Below are positions 1 to 12,823 of a stretch of DNA of 64,000 bases, in pieces. Position 1 is the first letter of the stretch. Each line of letters opens with the position of its first letter. Where the stretch lies: contig CM060733.1 of NCBI GenBank assembly GCA_030704615.1, positions 34,410,001-34,474,000 of the forward strand. Reading direction: 5' to 3'. The translations under genes were made by a program, and so were the position numbers. The notes beneath the pieces were generated by a model. The model was not told where the DNA came from. It worked only from the letters and a program-made list of their open reading frames with translations, and searched no databases. Origin of the DNA: Takakia lepidozioides. Taxonomy: Eukaryota > Plantae > Bryophyta.

Positions 1-540
1 ATCTTATGCAAGCATTCAACAAGCCAAGTTGACTGCAGAGCATATTCAGCCCCCCACGTTTCTAGTTGCATAATGTTCTTCATCTCCTGGGCAGAGCATT
101 TTCCAGGGTCTCCATCTGTGATGACACACTATCTTCTTATGTGGTTCAGCTTCTGGTCTTGCTCTTGTTTGCACCACCCCAATGAAGGGCAGTTCCCACC
201 TGCTTGATTCTCTCCATATGGTTGTCTTGGGCCTTGGCAGGGTTTCCCACAACTGCCTTTCCTTTTCATACTGCCAGTCATCAGCCTCGTTCTCCAATGC
301 TTCACTTTCTTCCCAAGTGAAGTGCTCTCATCTTTTATGCTTCAACGTCCCTGCAGGTGTCTTTTTCTTCATCTCCCGTGGTGCTTTCGAATGAATGAGC
401 ACTGATTTGCATCTGTTGGCAACACTTACGGTGTCCCTTTCCTTGCATGCCACTGCAGGCCCGTCATTGACTTTCTTGGCAGGGAAGTCTCCTCCTTCTC
501 CCTCATTTTCTGGCTCTGTTGGTGCCCCACTCACCATGCT

Positions 541-698
541 ATCCTTCTTAGCTGGCATCACCGTTGCCGAGGCATACTCCCCGCCTGACAACTCCACCAA
601 TCCAGCTTCGAACAACTCCATAGTCCGTGACTGGATCAAAGACCTCTCCATATCACTATACCTGTAGGGCCTTCGAAAAATTGGCGTGTCACTTGCCA
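541..698 (-). mobile_element. Ty3/Gypsy RT N-terminal fragment, same family as the DNMT/PHD element at 42.5-48.3 kb
   Basis: Translates ASDTPIFRRPYRYSDMERSLIQSRTMELFEAGLVELSGGEYASATVMPAKKD. Co-linear by eye with 45338-45496 (ATDTPIFRRPYRYSDMER..LVELSGGEYASATVMPAKKD). Confidence 0.85.
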
Positions 699-876
699 AA
701 TCAATACGAACTATACGACTACATCACTACACGTGTCATTTTGAAAGCAAATACACGAATGTATTCATCCATTGGACGAGTTCATCCACAACATGATATG
801 ACATGTAAACTTATGACTGTCAAACTGCAGATTGTTTCATGACTCTATATATATGACTACATCACTACACGTGGCA
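699..876. repeat. CACTA-like subterminal repeat fragment (ATGACTAC-rich)
   Basis: Repeated atgacta / gactacatcactacacgtg motifs, similar to those inside the CACTA element at 2629-3466 and at about 52780-52930. Confidence 0.5.
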
Positions 877-1097
877 TGTCATGGTTTTAGTCATGGTTAT
901 CTAGAATTACCTACTTCTAGTTAACTATGACATTTTAGATATTTATATTTATATTTTGTGTGTTGGGATTTCATTGGGTCTCACATGCCAAGTGAGGTGT
1001 CAAGCCTCACTTGGGACATGAGGATAGGTTTTCCCCTTATGAGGATGGAGGAGGCTCATCTTCTTGTAGTTGAGCCTCCATGAGCATCTCTCACCTC
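877..1097 (+). mobile_element. Truncated LTR-like fragment, copy of 59760-59976
   Basis: Starts TGTCATGGTTTTAGTCATGG and aligns by eye over about 220 bp with 59760-59976. It abuts and truncates the Gypsy RT at about 1098. Confidence 0.75.
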
Positions 1098-2628
1098 TCT
1101 CTTACATTCTTCCAACTCGTTTGGTGCTAATCGATAATGGACTTTACAAGAAGGAGTACTACTTGGAACAACCTCAATCTTATGATCTACTCTTCTATTT
1201 GGCGGAAGCCGTGCTGGTAGGTCATCTGGAAAGACATCTTGGAACTCTTTCAATATACTCTGTAATTCTATAGGGACCTCACTCATGTTTTTTTTCGGAT
1301 TTTCCACGTATCTTATTAAACCTACAAATAATAAGTCTTTCTTACATATAGCTGTAGTACCTATAACAAATGATGGTAGGTTTCGATATGGTGTCATCAC
1401 TCGATCTCCCCATATTTTTCAATTCTGGGTTTTGACTATCTTTCGACGCCAATCAACATCAAGGTTGTGAGATTCCATTCAAAGCATGCCTAATATTACG
1501 TCATATTGAGCCAGTCTGACCACTCGTCATTCTAAGGTTTCTCTATATTTACCAATCGACAACTCTATGTTTTTAGGTAGTGTCTCAATGGCCTCTGTAT
1601 GTCCATTTGACATTTCTACTTCCTCTCTTTCATCATTTTCTAAGGGGAGTCCTAGTTTCAAGACAGCCTTTCTAGATAAGAAGTTTTATGTTGCCCCAGG
1701 GTCTATCAACATTCTCACATGAATACCTTCCAAGGTTCCATCTGCCACAATTAACTGCGTCTCTTTCTTGCCCGCATGATTGATTTGTCTCTTCTCTTTG
1801 TAGGCCCCTCGCCTCTTCTCTTCTTTGTAGAACCAGTCAGACCTCGAGGTTGTCCTCGTTTTCCTGCTCATTGTGATGTTCGTTATTTTCTCCTCTCCTT
1901 AAACTGTTAAGAGATTTTCGATAAGTTTGTTGATTGTATCTTCCCCTTCGGTAGTTGGCTGCAAGATGTCCGTATTTTCCACAGTTGTAACATAGTCTAG
2001 TTTCCCTTTGTCCTTCTGTTCGTGAGAATGTTGAGGAGGTCGCATCCTTGTCATTCAATTTCATTCGCCGCTCTGTGTTATCGTCCCCATATCTGATTCC
2101 CGACCTATTTCTTTGAGAGTATTGGAAATTATCCCGTCTTCGAAGATTTCCCAGCTCCATAGGCGTTAATCCGTATTGGTTCAATGGAACGTGTATACCT
2201 TCGTCGTATTTTGGTAGCGTCCCTTCAATCTTTTGGGCCAATGAAATTGCTTCGTGAACATCAACCGGGTTGCGTAAAATTACATCTCCTTGAATTTTCA
2301 TCTTCAATCCTCTTTTGAAGTTGTCTAAAGCTTCTGCAGGACTCATGTCTTCGATTTGGACATGAAGATTCAAAAAAATCTTCAATGTAATTTTGCACAC
2401 TCCTGCGTTGTTCCAAGTTCCATAATTTCATTCGAGCAGTTGTAACAACATCTACTGCCTTGAATTGTTGCAGCAGTCTCGTTTTCAAAGTGCTCCATAG
2501 TAAAAGTTCTCATTTTACAATCTGTTTTCTCTCCCATGTCTGTAACCATGTTGAAGCATTGTCGAGTAGAAAATATCGTATGAACATTCCGTGGTCCAAA
2601 TCACTTGATGTAGTGAAATATGACAGAT

Positions 2629-3466
2629 CACTACACAGATCGCGATATTTATGACTGTATATATGACTATTCTGCAGTCATAAACGGTACATATGACTTC
2701 TATGACTATAAGTCATGCAAACCAAGTGAATACAATGAGTACAGGATGGTACGGTCCGGATGACTACAATCAGATAAACCAAGTGATATTTCTCACTGCA
2801 GTCATATATATCATACTGCAGTCGTCGCTACCGCGCCACGTGGCGAGGCGCAATTGATTAATTTTTAAAAAAAATAAAAAAAAATAAAAATAAAAATCAA
2901 ATGCCGCGTCGTACCGCGTTGTGCCATGTGACATAACACATTTTATAATAATGAAAAAATCAACGTGACAGCCCATCTAAGGTGCCACGTGCTATCCCTA
3001 GCTCGCCTACTAACCCAATGGCCATCTTATCCATTTGATTGTACTTAGAGGAGTTTGAACGTCCAACCTCTTTACTATAAGAGTTATAGTTCACTACTTG
3101 CTAACCAATACACCCATTAGTCATTTATATGATCATATGATGTTTTAATTGTATTATACACACCAAATTACAAAATCCCCAGTAGTCATCATGACTATGT
3201 AACCTCATCCATGTACATTGTAGTCATGGAAATGACTATTAGTGGTAAGCTAAATCTGGTCAATTGTCGTTGACCAGCCTTCCGTCCATTCCGGAGCCAT
3301 GTAGTCATACAGACGACTACTTAGATAGTCGTTTATATGACTACAGTCGTATGAATGACTGCAGGAGGTCAATTTCATATAAAAACATGGTGCAGTCATG
3401 ATCAAAGTCAAGAAAACCATAACTACCATGGTTTGGCAGTCATAATTACCGCGATCTGTTATAGTG
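2629..3466. mobile_element. Non-autonomous CACTA (En/Spm) element, 838 bp
   Basis: TIRs CACTACACAGATCGCG.. / ..CGCGATCTGTTATAGTG, a 3-bp TSD GAT (2626-2628, 3467-3469) and many subterminal ATGACTAC/GTAGTCAT repeats. Excision restores the gag frame (..YRMEVH|LSYFTT..). Confidence 0.92.
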
Positions 3467-4396
3467 GATGTACCTCCATTCGATAAATCCATACTTCTAG
3501 CACTCCCATGACGCGACTTCCTTTATACGGCTCGACCTTGCATGTCTTGGTCATCTTTTGCAGCAACGTATCCGACCCAACAGCAACCAGTCCCAGGGCG
3601 GTTGATTGTCTCACTTGTTTAAGCTCCTCCATCAACACGTTGTTTTGTTGTTGGGTCGTGACAAGAGCATTATGCAATTCGTGTAAACGCTCCATTATCC
3701 ACACCGTCTGATCAATGACTTGATGAGTAATGTGTGCGTTGTCCACTATTTCTTCATTGTCCGCCATCTTGCTCCACTACTCCTTCCTTCGTGGTGTTTG
3801 TCTTCTAAAATTAATGTATACTATCTCTATTCTCTTATCTTAATACAGTATGTAAATAGTGCAATCCCAAACCATCTCGTACGTTACTATTGGTAATACA
3901 AAATGGACGTTTGAACTCATGACAAAGTTCATGAATTCTACTCCAAATTCTACAATTAAAAATCTCACAAGATGATGTTTGTCGATGGCGCGCACATTGA
4001 TACTAAATACATTTGGCAGTGGAAAATTAGGCGGAAAATGTCTACCTCGATCCATGAGCTATGTATATACACATATGTATACTTTCCAATTTCTAATTAT
4101 AGGAAAGACGACAGGTCGTGGGTTTTGTAACACTTCTTAATATTGTTCATCTCCAAATCTCTGTATTATCATATCTCTAATTTCTGCTTTACGACGACAT
4201 ATAATTTTAAACTCACACTCCCAAGGAAAATCATGGAAATGAGGTTGATTTAAGTCCATAAAATTTTTATACTATCGTTATGATACCATTACTACTATTT
4301 ATTCAAATATTAACAACAAAAATCTCTAAAAAAAAAAAACATCTTAATCGAATCCTCCTAAAGAAGGTATTCACTCCCAACTTTAAGAAAGACTAG

Positions 4397-4408
4397 GCTC
4401 TGATACCA
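4397..4408 (-). promoter_or_regulatory. Primer binding site (tRNA-iMet) of the Gypsy element
   Basis: Minus strand reads TGGTATCAGAGC, 1 nt after the LTR end (..GTTACA). Confidence 0.9.
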
Positions 4409-4409
4409 T

Positions 4410-4831
4410 TGTAACACCTAGGATCTACACAAACTAGAATAGAAGTACTTCTCAACTTTTTCCCAAAACAACTCGATGCCTTCTAGGCTTTCATTGCAGG
4501 TTTATATACCCTTCACAATATGATTATTTTAAAGATTTGACTTGAGAGCCTCAAGTCAAAGCTTCCTAAAGTCAACCTTCCTAGGTTTGACATATTCTCC
4601 ACAATACGACTTTATCAAAGATACTTGTTAAAGTCAATCTTCCTAGGTTTGACATACTCTCTATAATACAACTTTATCAAAGATTTGACCTACTCTCCAT
4701 AATATGAATATCTTAGAGGTTTGACTTGAGAGCCTCAAATCAATCTTCTTAGGATCATTCCTAATTATTCTGGAAACTTCTAGGGAACTTTCCTCCTCCA
4801 TCTAGAACCTTCTAGATTCTACCTTGTTACA
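4410..4831 (-). repeat. 5' LTR (422 bp)
   Basis: Termini TGTAACA...TGTTACA form a short inverted repeat next to the PBS. Internal imperfect tandem repeats lie at about 4540-4750. Confidence 0.85.
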
Positions 4832-5051
4832 GCTTACTAGCCCCTGAATCTATAAGCCAGGTTTTATCATGAGTTTCAAGCGCCAGGGCTGCAAATGTAG
4901 CCTCGAACTCCTGAGTTACATTGTCTGGGTCTTCTTCAGGGATTCCCTCCTCGTGAACATCATACAAGGCATTGGCTTGTTGTTTTACAAGACGGGCCGA
5001 AGGTACTAGTGTACATTCCCTGATCTTGTTCCACCGAAACTGGGGTTCCAT
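4832..5051 (-). pseudogene. Ty1/Copia gag-protease junction remnant
   Basis: Encodes ..HDKTWLIDSGAS, the Copia protease motif WxxDSGAS, and is cut exactly at the Gypsy LTR. Confidence 0.7.
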
Positions 5052-5699
5052 GCCTAATCATGGGTTCCATCTATTGCTAAAGTTGCTGTCATTACTCCAT
5101 ATGTACAGCTTTCTAGAGCTGGTCAGATGTAACATCCCACTTGCTTTTTAGAGCTGGTCATGGTGTGGATGTAACACCCACTTGTAGCGCTGCTGCGCAA
5201 AAATGAGTCTTCCCAAATTTTGGATGCCCTCCACCAGTCTGGTGTTATTCTTGACTAAGTCTACACAGAAGTTGATAAGATTTCCATTTCCATCGTTGAC
5301 AAATGTTGCCCAAAACAAACGATGAGCTTCCTATCAGAAGTGTTATTTGAAGTGCTCATGGTTTGAGGAGTTAAGGAGAGGTCTTTAGGATCTGGTTACA
5401 TGTCAAAGGAGCTTTCAGCAAATCTTGAACAAGATAGAGATTGTTACAATAACTTTCATACTGACAAATTGCTAGATATTCAAGCACCCATTTGCTTCTC
5501 AAAAACATTGGTAACACCCTTGATTTCCCTTCTATGGCTCCAGTCCCATGAGTCAAGTTAAACTGTTGATTCCCTTCTGATCAACATATCTCACCTACAC
5601 AAATGCAGACCATGCCACCGCCCAGTCACCCCGAACTGAAAACGAGTTCACAAAAACAATTCTTGAAAATGTCAAAAACGGGAGTTCTCAAAGAAGAGG

Positions 5700-8128
5700 A
5701 AATTGGAAAACGTAATAGAAAACGGCATGAGCAACGAACGAATTTTATTCATCACAGCATGAGCACACATAATGCTACATACATAGCTCAAATCTCTTCA
5801 TCGCTATCCTCACTCTTTGACCAGTCTAGAAACTCCTCTTTATAGTCAGGGTCAAAAACTTTATCTCGCAATCGAATGTTGCTAAAAACATATACAAGAT
5901 CAGCTGCTTTAGAAGAAGTCAAACGATTGCGCTTTTTAGAATGAATGTACTCAAATGTACTCCAGTTTCTTTCACATGAAGATGCTGAAGTAATTTGAGC
6001 AAGAACTCTAATAGCAATCTTCTAAAGTTCTAGAGTTTCAGCCCCATAAGACTCCCACCCAATATGACCTGCAACTTCTTTGGCCACCAATGATGCAGCG
6101 GGATCAAAAAACAATCATTCCATGTTACGAAATGTAGATAGTTGCTTTTCCACTAGAACCTAACTTTGAACATCAGGATAGAATTTGTCCCGGATTATAC
6201 GAAACCCTTTCATAACCTCCTTGTCTCCCGCTTGACCCTTTCATCTCCACTCGGGGTCTAAAACAAATCCGGCACAATGCAGTGGACTGTGGATAAATAA
6301 CCATCTGTCTTGCAAAATGTCCACAACTTGTTCCTTCTTCTCTATTGACAGCCCTGATAAGCTATGCACTTTTTCAATGAGCTGATCCATTTTCTCATAA
6401 AATTTTCCCATTGTTGGCATGTTAGAATCAACCATGCGCAATAAGGTGAAGATGGGCTCTGAAATCTCAACAATGAGCTCCAAGTTCTTCCAAAATCTAG
6501 GAGCCAGTAGGTTATCAGCAATTGTTTCCCTCTCCGAGCTGCGTGACTGGTCCCAATTGTGCCATTCCCTGCTAGCAATCATTTGTTGAAGTGGTGTCTT
6601 CCACCTTCAACAATCGTTCATGCATGATGAAAGATGTCCCAAATTGTGTCTCTCCCGGTTTGAGGAGCTCTAGTCCTTTGTCTCTCAAAGAATACTCCCG
6701 AAAAAAAGCTTAACTGCGGTGATGATTTGTAATCAACTTCACCACAGACTTTAATTCTTTGACACATAAGGAAAACCACTCTAAGTTGTCAATGTCCTCG
6801 AGACACAAATCAAGGCAATGTGCAGTACATCCTGAAAATGTAACGTGAGGGTACTTCTCTTCTATGAGTCTCCCGGCTCTCTTGCAGACAGCTGCATTGT
6901 CTGTGACAACCTGAATAACATTTTGAGACCCTATCTCCTCCATGACATCTATCATTTGCTGTGAGATGTACTCACTTGTTTTTTCTTGTCCACTCGTATC
7001 AATAGCCTTTTTGAAAAATTCTCCTTTGGGTGATACACACAGTGCATTAAGTAGAGGTCTATTGGTGGTATTAGACCACCCATCACAAGTCAATGTGCAT
7101 CCGGTTTTGTTCCAAGACTCTATGATAGGCTGCAAGTCTTTGTTCAACTCTTTTTTGACATCCTGCAACAAAGTGGTGCGCAACTGCTCTGAACCAGGTG
7201 CTTTATAACCTGCCCCATAGTTCGAAATGGCTGATATCATACTTTGAAAATATGGGGTCCTTGCATAGTTGAAAGGAACCCTACATGAGTAATAGAAACG
7301 TGCAACAACTTGGTTTACATTTTGTTTTCGCATCTTTGCAGCTTGCCAAGATGCAGCCAATGTAGGTTGTGAAGCACTCAATGATTTCTTATTTGACAGG
7401 GAAGCTCTCTCCTCTGCTTTTTCTCTTGGTAGTTGCTCTCTCTAGGTTCATTTTGTCCACAACTACCCTCACAGGTGCTAAAATCTCGTCACTGACACTG
7501 ATGTACACCTCAATGTTCCCTCCTCCAAAATAATGCTCTCTAACATGACCAACAGACCCTACCTTGAATTCTTTTCCACAATGTTTGCACTTGACTTCCC
7601 AGCCTTTTCCATGCTGGACTGGAGCATTGATACAGTCAACCAATGACCATTCAAGTGCAGGGCTTGGAGGAAATTTCGGTGCTCTCTTCCTAAAAGAGGA
7701 TGCAACATTGCTGTCCGAACTAGTGCAGGTGTTTAGAGAAGACATGATTTCCTGACAAGTGGGACTGAGCTGGATGTTACTTGCTGCCACCCAACAATGA
7801 TTCCACGCCACTCAACAGCTACCTCGCTTGTGTTTTTCCTCACCCACCAGCATGAATCTGCCTCTCGCACCGCGCTATCTCTCGTCGCAGGCTGAGTAGT
7901 TGCCTGATTTCGAAAGAATCTGCTCTAGCAGGGCTCTAGGGTTTGTTGCCCAATTTTTCATCCATTCAAATTTTGGATGAAAAATTTATCATCCACCCCT
8001 AAACGTTTTCCAGGAACGTCAGAAACGACGTTCTCCTAAGTCACTTGGGACGTTCACGGTGACTGGGTGCCACCGCACCCTGTTGGGACTGGAACCCATT
8101 CCCCCATGGCTTTCGACACTACGCTCTG
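5700..8128 (-). mobile_element. hAT DNA transposon with pseudogenised transposase (BED finger, DUF659, C-terminal dimerisation domain)
   Basis: Motifs CKHCGKEF..VREH (BED), GCTLTCDGWSN, VIQVVTDNAA, CTAHCLDL and HSPLHCAGFVLDP. The region 5880-6060 reads WWESYGAETLEL*KIAIRVLAQITSASSCERNWSTFEYIHSKKRNRL. It contains frameshifts and stops, and the element ends are approximate. Confidence 0.9.
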
Positions 8129-8225
8129 ACCAGAGCACACGACGCACAACAAAATTCTCACCATCATTCTTTCTGCGCTACTCAGTTCCTTGAAGATGTA
8201 TGACACTTGCACTGTGTATTGGGCC

Positions 8226-9650
8226 TGTTGGAATATCACACCCTGGCTCTCAGTGATTCCTAATAATTAGTCCATTGTATTTCTCCGTTTCTTTCTCTAT
8301 CGATAGGTTTAGGCTTGACGGTGATGCTATGGAGATAAACCTCATTAGTACGAGTAGTGTGGGTAGTTAGTGAGGTTGACGGTGATGCCGCGGAGGGGAT
8401 AAGCCCATTAGTGGAGGTAGTTGGTTAGGTAGAACTACTCTCCGTATATATATCTGCTCTCCTGATGTGTGTTTTCTATCTTCTGAACATACAAAAATTT
8501 CTCATGGTATCAGAGTAGGAGTTCCAGTATCTGTCGAGTGCCTAAGATCCATGGAGTTGGATCTTTATTCAGGGTTGGGAGGGTTGAACTTGTCTAGGAC
8601 GAAGTTGTGTCTGTGAGACTATGAGACACCATGTCGATAGTACGATAGATCGTAGTCTAGGACGAGGTTGCGTCTGAAAGGCTAGACTTACTTTGTGCGC
8701 TCTGTGATCTTTTTTTTTTTTTTTTTTTTTTGTTTATCACTTGTAAATACTACCTCCAATGTTACCTCTCTCCTTATCTCTTAGGTGGTCTGAGCAAGTA
8801 GTCATGATAGGTCTTGAAAATTCTTTCTCTGAGTAGTACAAACTGGAAGGTGCTTCCAACTACGTCACATGGAAGTTTCGGATACAGAGCATTTTAGAAC
8901 AAGAGGATCTATGGGAGCATATTGAATCAAACTTTAAGGAAGATGAAGCTGATTCGACAAACTCAGTAGTCCTACCAGACCCAAGGGACGATGCTCTAGT
9001 ACGACGACAGAGGAGAAAAGCATTGTCTATCATAAAGCTGTCAGTGAAAGATCAGATCATCCCTTTCATTCTCAACGCCAAAACTCCAAAAGAATGTTGG
9101 ACAACGCTTCAGAGGCAGTTTGAGGTGAAAAACAATGCGAAGCGATTAGCAGTCATAAATCGTTTTTCGAATCTGCGTATGGATGAAGGGACGACTGCTA
9201 CAGAGTTCATGAGCTTGGTTCAAGACATCTTGAACCAACTACCGGCGTTTGGTGAAAGACCTTCTGACAATATTGTAGTGGAGCAAATAATAAATGCTCT
9301 ACCGCCTAGCTATGATAGCTTTGTCAGTGATTTCCGGTGAGAAAGATCCACCCTCGGTAGATGAAGTACATTTGCAGCTTGAAGAAAGCCGCAATTCAAA
9401 TCGCCACCGAAACCAAGATGAAGAGGCATTGGTCATGAAGTTTTGCAAAGTCCTCAAGTTTCGAAGATATAATGAGCACTCACGAGGACGACGACAATTC
9501 TTTGATGGAAAACGCTCAAACTCTGGCCAGCCGAATTCAACATTTGGGCTTGGCTATTGTGTCAAGTGTGGAAAAGAGGGCCATTGGGCTCGTGGCTGCC
9601 CACTCTTGAACAAAGAAGAACGTTTATAACATGCAACACAGGAAGCTTAA
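8226..9650 (+). mobile_element. Truncated Ty1/Copia LTR retrotransposon (5' LTR, PBS, gag)
   Basis: LTR about 8226-8504 (TGTTGGAATA...TTTCTCA) and PBS TGGTATCAGAG at 8505-8515. gag starts at 8804 (KLEGASNYVTWKFR..IINALPPSYDSF, UBN2-type) and has zinc knuckle CVKCGKEGHWARGC. No pol seen. Confidence 0.85.
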
Positions 9651-12600
9651 AGCACTTATGGGACAAGGAAAAGAGAAAAGAGAACAGAAAAGTGAGGCGT
9701 GCAACAACAAGCCACCACAATCATAACACGATTATGCTGCAGCTCTTCTCAATCAGGATTCTAACCACCTGCTTTCAATTTTGTTCTGTTTCTTTTCTGT
9801 GTATTCATAGCACATCATCTTTTGACTACATAGATCATCTTCCATTTCCTGACTACACCTCGCCTGGTTTGACAGGTTTCTCGCAGATGGAAGAGTAATT
9901 TTCTAGGTCTCATACTAAGAAATCATTCGTAGATAGACATACCTTGCTTCGGGTTCTAATGTGACTTTGGCAAGTCTACCTAGTTGATGAGCTGAAGCCG
10001 TAGATAGAACTTGGTAGTTCTTATTGAGCATCTGATGGGTTTGCTGACGAAGGAGAATGGTTTCCCTGGTTGCTGAGGCTTCTGAGTCCTGAAATGTAAT
10101 TCTTATGTATCAATGCTCCGAATGTTTTCTCCCGCACTGGTACATTCTGGCTCAGCTCCACCGCCTTGCCTTTGCCTGCAAACTATTAGGTTCCGTGTGA
10201 GCACATCGAAGTCAGTACTTGTTATGTGATATCACATTCTCTTTTCTTGGGCGTTTGTTCTCATAATGATACATTCTGTTCTGAATCCCTTCTAGCATGA
10301 TACTCAAGTTAACATCAAATTCTTGCATCCATGGGTACAGTATTACTTTGCTGGCTACTACTCAATTGTTGACCCAAGCAGTATGGCACACCTTGCCTTT
10401 TGGTTTTGTTTCTTCTCTTTGCACATCTTTGTGGACTGACAGCGTATGGGAGGGAGATCTCCACAGTGCAATGCTGGGTTTCTCTTGTGTTTGTCCATCC
10501 GATTGGTCCGGGAAAGCTTCTTTCTTGGCTTATACTGGCGTCTCTTCCAAGCACAGCGTTGCCAAGCATCATGCAGCAGTTCCTCAGTCTCTTAGTGTGC
10601 CATCAAGTCGCTCTGAACCTGTATTCTCCCCTTGGGTTTCAATGATTTACACAGAGATGATGCGTGAAGTAATCTAAAACCAAACATTCTATTTCGGATT
10701 CCCTAGGAAAACAATTCTGTACATTGAATAGACAGATGCAATGTCTTGGTAATGAAATTTGTGTTTACATGTGCACACATATTTCTGTGTAGTGCATATT
10801 GTGCCGAACCCATGCTTCATGAATCCTTATCCTTTGTGTGGACAACTCAGTGGGTATTGGGCCACAGTTGTTCCTTTCGTGATTTGGAGGTCCAAGCAAT
10901 TTGAAGAGAGAACCCGTTTCTATGTATCTGCGGGTGTATTTTGATGAGAAATTACCTAACAATTTTCTGGGACGCATGGGAACTTCAGTTTTTCTTTTTA
11001 AAAGAGACTTGGTCTGTACAACGAAGCAATTGCCGCCTTGCAGATCATCTATATGTTACCGAAGGACAGACTCGCAATCAGCCAACATCTGAGAAACCAC
11101 CGCCATCAGCATCAAGCAATGTGATGTGAAGTCATGCCTCGAGCGAGTGCATGCAGAAACTTGTGCTCAAGAGAAAAGAAAGAAAAAAGAAACTAAGAAC
11201 CTATTCCGTTTACCGAAGGCCATTGCAAAGCTTCTACCATATCATGAATTCCAAAATATCCATTGCCATGGAAACAATAACAAATTTCAGGCCTACCCCT
11301 CTCCAGTTAACCGAAGATAGCTGTCCAGCTCGATCTTGTGTAAGAAGGTTGATCAAGGCCGGGAATCCCTAAACTTTTGAGTCTGAACACTTTTACTAGT
11401 GGGAGATGATTTGCTTTGGAGTGTTTGGGGACCTAGGTTTGAGGATACTTCTGCTTGACAGCTATCTTTCCTCATACTTTGCCAAGAGGCTTTCAAATAC
11501 TAAACAATACCAGCAACATGCAATTGAACTGCATTTGTGACAGTAGCGAGCCGCAATCCCCAAAATGATGGCCACAACTTGTGATCATATGTCTATCTTT
11601 AGTTGATTATGAGTGACAAGCGATGGGAAGACAGTCAGGGTTATATTCCATCAAAAGACCCGTGTGTGGCTGCAGCTTTTACCTACCGCACTGTGAAGCA
11701 TAATTCAGCTTTTCATATTGAGGTTTCTGACATGATTCTGCGTACTGACAGTTTTTTTTAATCTTTATGCTGTGTTCCAGAGATGGAGGAACATCTTACA
11801 TATTTCTTCCCCACCAGTTCAAAAAATCTCCAGAAAAAAACTGTTGGTGTTGTGTTCAATGTTCCATGGCATACTTAGGTCCGAACTCCGAACCCATAAC
11901 CGTATTCCTGGATTTTATGTAAAGTGATGTTCAGTTGTCTCATTCACTGGACTCCCATTTCTGACATTCATTGACCACTGTAGGGAGTGATTGCAGCAGC
12001 ATATAGTTAGACTGGTTTGAATACTCCATTGTACATGCTTCATTGCTTCCCCAGTTGCACTCATGAGTGTTCAATGAAGCAGGAGTGGGGAGTGATGGCA
12101 ACAAAGTGGACAGTGATGGCAACCAAAGTGGAGCCTATTCCTTATACCTTATACTACCCTATTCCCGACTGAAATTCCAACACCCAAATGATGTCTAGGC
12201 TAGTTTAGTTATTTAAAATTAGTACCTTGCAGCCTACCCATAGAGCTCCCTTCCCACAGGGCAGTAGCCCAAAGGTGAAGTGGTTCTTATTCACACTGCT
12301 TCTACCTGGTGGCCAGGTGGGAATAGCACAAATGGTGGCATCTTTGATGGTGTGCTGAGATCCATCATTTATTTATTTATTTTTAATGATTCCTTTTTGC
12401 TTTCATAATTATTCCTTCTTTTAATTCCTGCTGCATATCTTTCTTCTACTGGCTTCTACTATGGCGGTGTTGAGTTGGATATCTTTTCCTAAAAATGGAC
12501 CTTATTTTATTGTGCCTTCAAACATGCTCCTGCATCACTCTACAGTACCTGTTCCGACCTCCCTAGTGGTCGCTCCGACCATATCTATTTCCTTGACCTT

Positions 12601-12823
12601 CAAAATTTCCCTTGGGTACTTTATATTCGGCTGGACTTCAACTTTAACTTTAGTGAGAGAAACAACCAGCTCCCCTCTGTATTCTTAAAAAAGAAGAAGT
12701 AAACCAGCCGCTCCAGGTAAATAATGTCCGCACTCTGCCGAGTATAAAGTCCATGGCCAAAAACATGTTACTACTCTTTCCTGCAGCATGTCAGGGATCA
12801 TTGTCAGGTCCTCCAACTCTATA

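Larger units (their letters stand above)
1098..4831 (-). mobile_element. 3'-truncated Ty3/Gypsy LTR retrotransposon (5' LTR, PBS, gag, protease, start of RT), degenerate
   Basis: LTR 4410-4831 and tRNA-Met PBS 4397-4408. gag runs from 3767 with zinc knuckle CYNCGKYGHLAAN, then protease LIDPGAT (about 1690-1710), then RT start EFQDVFPDDLPARLPPNRRVDHKIEVVP..YRLAPNELEEC. Stops and frameshifts are present, and gag is interrupted by a CACTA element. Confidence 0.9.

Noticed and set aside
9900-12800. Short ORFs as genes or as the Copia pol continuation
   Set aside because: No integrase/RT motifs or recognisable domains, and no consistent exon chain.
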